Positions 62,001-64,000 of a stretch of DNA of 64,000 nt are shown piece after piece. Below the pieces are notes generated by a model that worked only from the letters and a program-made list of their open reading frames with translations, ran no database searches and was not told the DNA's origin. Within the stretch, counting starts at the first letter, position 1; every line of letters begins with the position of its first letter. The DNA is from Macrostomum lignano (Eukaryota): the NCBI GenBank assembly GCA_002269645.1, contig NIVC01000181.1:275693-339692 (forward strand). The letters are read 5' to 3'. A program made the position numbers and the translations under genes.

Positions 62001-62209
62001 CAGCTGCTTGGCTGAAATTGTTCTGGAATTAAAAATAAATTGACCATTTCTCTTTTGCTTATTAGTTCTTTCTTTTCCTGACGCATTCCTTCTCCCCTCT
62101 GCCTCGCCCGCAGGCTCTCGGCTCGCTGTACTTCGTGCACGCTCGCGTCCCAGATGTGGCGCTGTGGGACTTCAACAAGTCCCGCTTTGTGCAGCTTCGG
62201 GACCGCTTC
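54941..62209 (+). CDS. INPP5A: Type I inositol-1,4,5-trisphosphate 5-phosphatase, 5'-partial model; join(54941..55003,55629..55667,55761..55861,57311..57398,62114..62209), continues beyond the window
   Basis: MDRDNLKTLLITANVGSLFDH|KHLLQPWLKNLFQ|AISDKDPDFIAVHCQEIGGKNFTKSMPNVDSWIS|ELMTSEALKLYDKARIFLDKDYEAQDTFT|ALGSLYFVH...WDF is collinear with INPP5A (LLVTANVGSLF, ALHCQEFGGKNY, FTALGSFYF). Phases 0,0,2,0. Confidence 0.88.
55967..56030 (+). repeat. (GA)n microsatellite
   Basis: Direct observation. Confidence 0.95.
56656..57190 (+). repeat. 28-bp minisatellite (CAGTTGCTG[G/A]GCCAGCCTCCCAGATCCT), ~19 units, same family as 31689-31825
   Basis: Unit essentially identical to the CLASP intron array. 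Confidence 0.92.
57418..58510 (+). repeat. 22-bp minisatellite (CAGTGTAGCTTCAGTATT[C/T]CTT), ~50 units
   Basis: Starts ~20 nt after the donor at 57399. Confidence 0.92.
58835..61325 (+). repeat. 10/12-bp compound minisatellite (CCTGTCTCTCT[C/G]), ~2.5 kb
   Basis: Direct observation; source of the 843-, 844-, 600- and 485-aa spurious ORFs. Confidence 0.95.
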
Positions 62210-62214
62210 GTAAG

Positions 62215-62603
62215 AGTCTCAGTGCTGATTGTGTCTGTCTCAGTGCTGATTGTGTCTGTCTCAGTGCTGATTGTGTCTGTCTCAGTGCTGATTGTGTCTG
62301 TCTCAGTGCTGATTGTGTCTGTCTCAGTGCTGATTGTGTCTGTCTCAGTGCTGATTGTGTCTGTCTCAGTGCTGATTGTGTCTGTCTCAGTGCTGATTGT
62401 GCCTGTCTCAGTGCTGATTGTGTCTGTCTCAGTGCTGATTGTATCTGTCTCAGTGCTGATTGTGTCTGTCTCAGTGCTGATTGTGTCTGTCTCAGTGCTG
62501 ATTGTGTCTGTCTCAGTGCTGATTGTGTCTGTCTCAGTGCTGATTGTGTCTGTCTCAGTGCTAATTGTGTCTGTCTCAGTGCTGATTGTGTCTGTCTCAG
62601 TGC
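62215..62603 (+). repeat. 21-bp minisatellite (CAGTGCTGATTGTGTCTGTCT), ~18 units
   Basis: Begins ~6 nt after the GT donor at 62210. Confidence 0.92.
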
Positions 62604-63204
62604 CCCTTGCGTATGTCTCGTCAAGGTTAAAAAGATTGATGCTTTTTTGTTCATTTTGCTATTAAAGTTGCAACTAACGGTGACTGAATTTGCACCAAAT
62701 AGGCAACAGGCACCAGTGCTGTAACTACAGGCGCAATTCGTGTAATTAAAATCTATTCGAACATGGACTGTGAGGTTTTTTGAGTTGCCTCTCGGGAGTT
62801 GACTTGCAACTGAGCTTTAAAGAGAGGCCAATTTACTAAATTGGCCTGCTCGCTTGACTTGGCTTGCTGAGTTCAGGAGAGAGAGAGAGAGAAAGTAGAG
62901 ATCGGATCACACAGGGGAAGATCTGATGTCGATTCTGCAGAAGTGGGTCTTGATCTTTATTTAGTGGACGGGCAAGCCGGCTATCATGAGGTGGGGAGAG
63001 AGGCTGAGTTTGAGGCCAGCAGCGGCCAGCAAAATGCACCGGATTTAGTGGCCGTAAAATGCGGATTAACTCGCTTTAACGAGCGGATCACCATCCACTG
63101 AGCTGGCCTCTGCCCTGCCTCTGTGCCCTGCGGTAGCTTCCCCTCTCTCTCAATTCACTGAGCCGCTACACTTGCCTGCCTGCACCGCGCTATTCTCTGC
63201 ACAC

Positions 63205-63520
63205 TCTTCTCTACTTCTCTGTACCTCATCTCTCATGTCTCTACTTCTCTGGCTCCTATCTCTCACGTCTCTACTTCTCTGGCTCTTATCTCTCACGTCT
63301 CTACTTCTCTGTACCTCATCTCTCATGTCTCTACTTCTCTGGCTCCTATCTCTCACGTCTCTACTTCTCTGGCTCTCATCTCTCACGTCTCTACTTCTCT
63401 GGCTCTCATCTCTCTCACGTCTCTACTTCTCTGGCTCTCATCTCTCATATCTCTACTTCTCTGGCTCTTATCTCTCATGTCTCTACTTCTCTGGCTCTTA
63501 TCTCTCACGCCTCTACTTCT
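63205..63520 (+). repeat. ~30-bp minisatellite (CTCTACTTCTCTGGCTCTCATCTCTCACGT)
   Basis: About 10 degenerate units. Confidence 0.8.
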
Positions 63521-64000
63521 ACTTCTCTAATCTCTCATCCTCTACTTCTCTAATCTCTCATCTTCTACTTCTCTGTCTCTTATATCTAATTTCTCATGTC
63601 TCTACTTCTTTGTCTCTTATCTCTGAGACAGACACATCTCTCTACTTGTCTCTAATCTCCCCTTTCTGCCACTCTGTCCATCTCTCTTTTTTCTCCACCT
63701 TCTGTCTTCCTATGTATTCTGAAGCTCCATCCCTTATGTCCGCCTCCTCAACATCAGTGTATTCATTCACACCCGGGCCTCCGGTTCAACTGCAGTTTAT
63801 AACTCCCAGCTAAGAACCAGTTGAGGCGGGCGAAAGTCGGTTCAATAATTAATGAGAGCCGCTCGCAGTCAGCTCAGTTACTTGAATATGAGGGAGATGA
63901 TTTCCCTGAGCTTCTTCTCCTCCTGCTCCTCCTCCGCACTTCTTGACGTCGGGCTCTCCTCTGTGCCGACAATCCCTTGGGGGGGTTGATGAAGATGATG

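Overview
Eukaryotic (animal) genomic DNA with GC-rich exons and introns packed with minisatellites. This style suggests a flatworm such as Macrostomum lignano, which is an inference only. All gene models were built by hand from GT-AG sites and phase continuity. Six genes are supported: RNPS1 (+, 8041-9308); ovo/OVOL zinc-finger paralog A (-, 10838-16937); CLASP (-, 23878-38436, apparently lacking TOG1); ovo paralog B (+, 44168-50237); a three-exon secreted neuropeptide precursor that looks like a 30-bp tandem repeat (-, 52243-53154; 17 RPVSE[Y/F]L-GKR-type units, EFLamide/TRH-like); and the 5' part of INPP5A (+, from 54941). The two ovo genes form a large inverted duplication with CLASP filling the ~17-kb spacer. 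The arms are a mosaic of near-identical tracts and strongly diverged tracts (exon 1, exon 3, 3'UTR), consistent with patchy arm-to-arm gene conversion. Mobile elements include a deleted Tc1/mariner copy, a 2.2-kb solo-LTR-like element with a 4-bp TSD, MITEs and a tRNA-SINE fragment. Most long ORFs in the supplied track are artefacts of tandem repeats.
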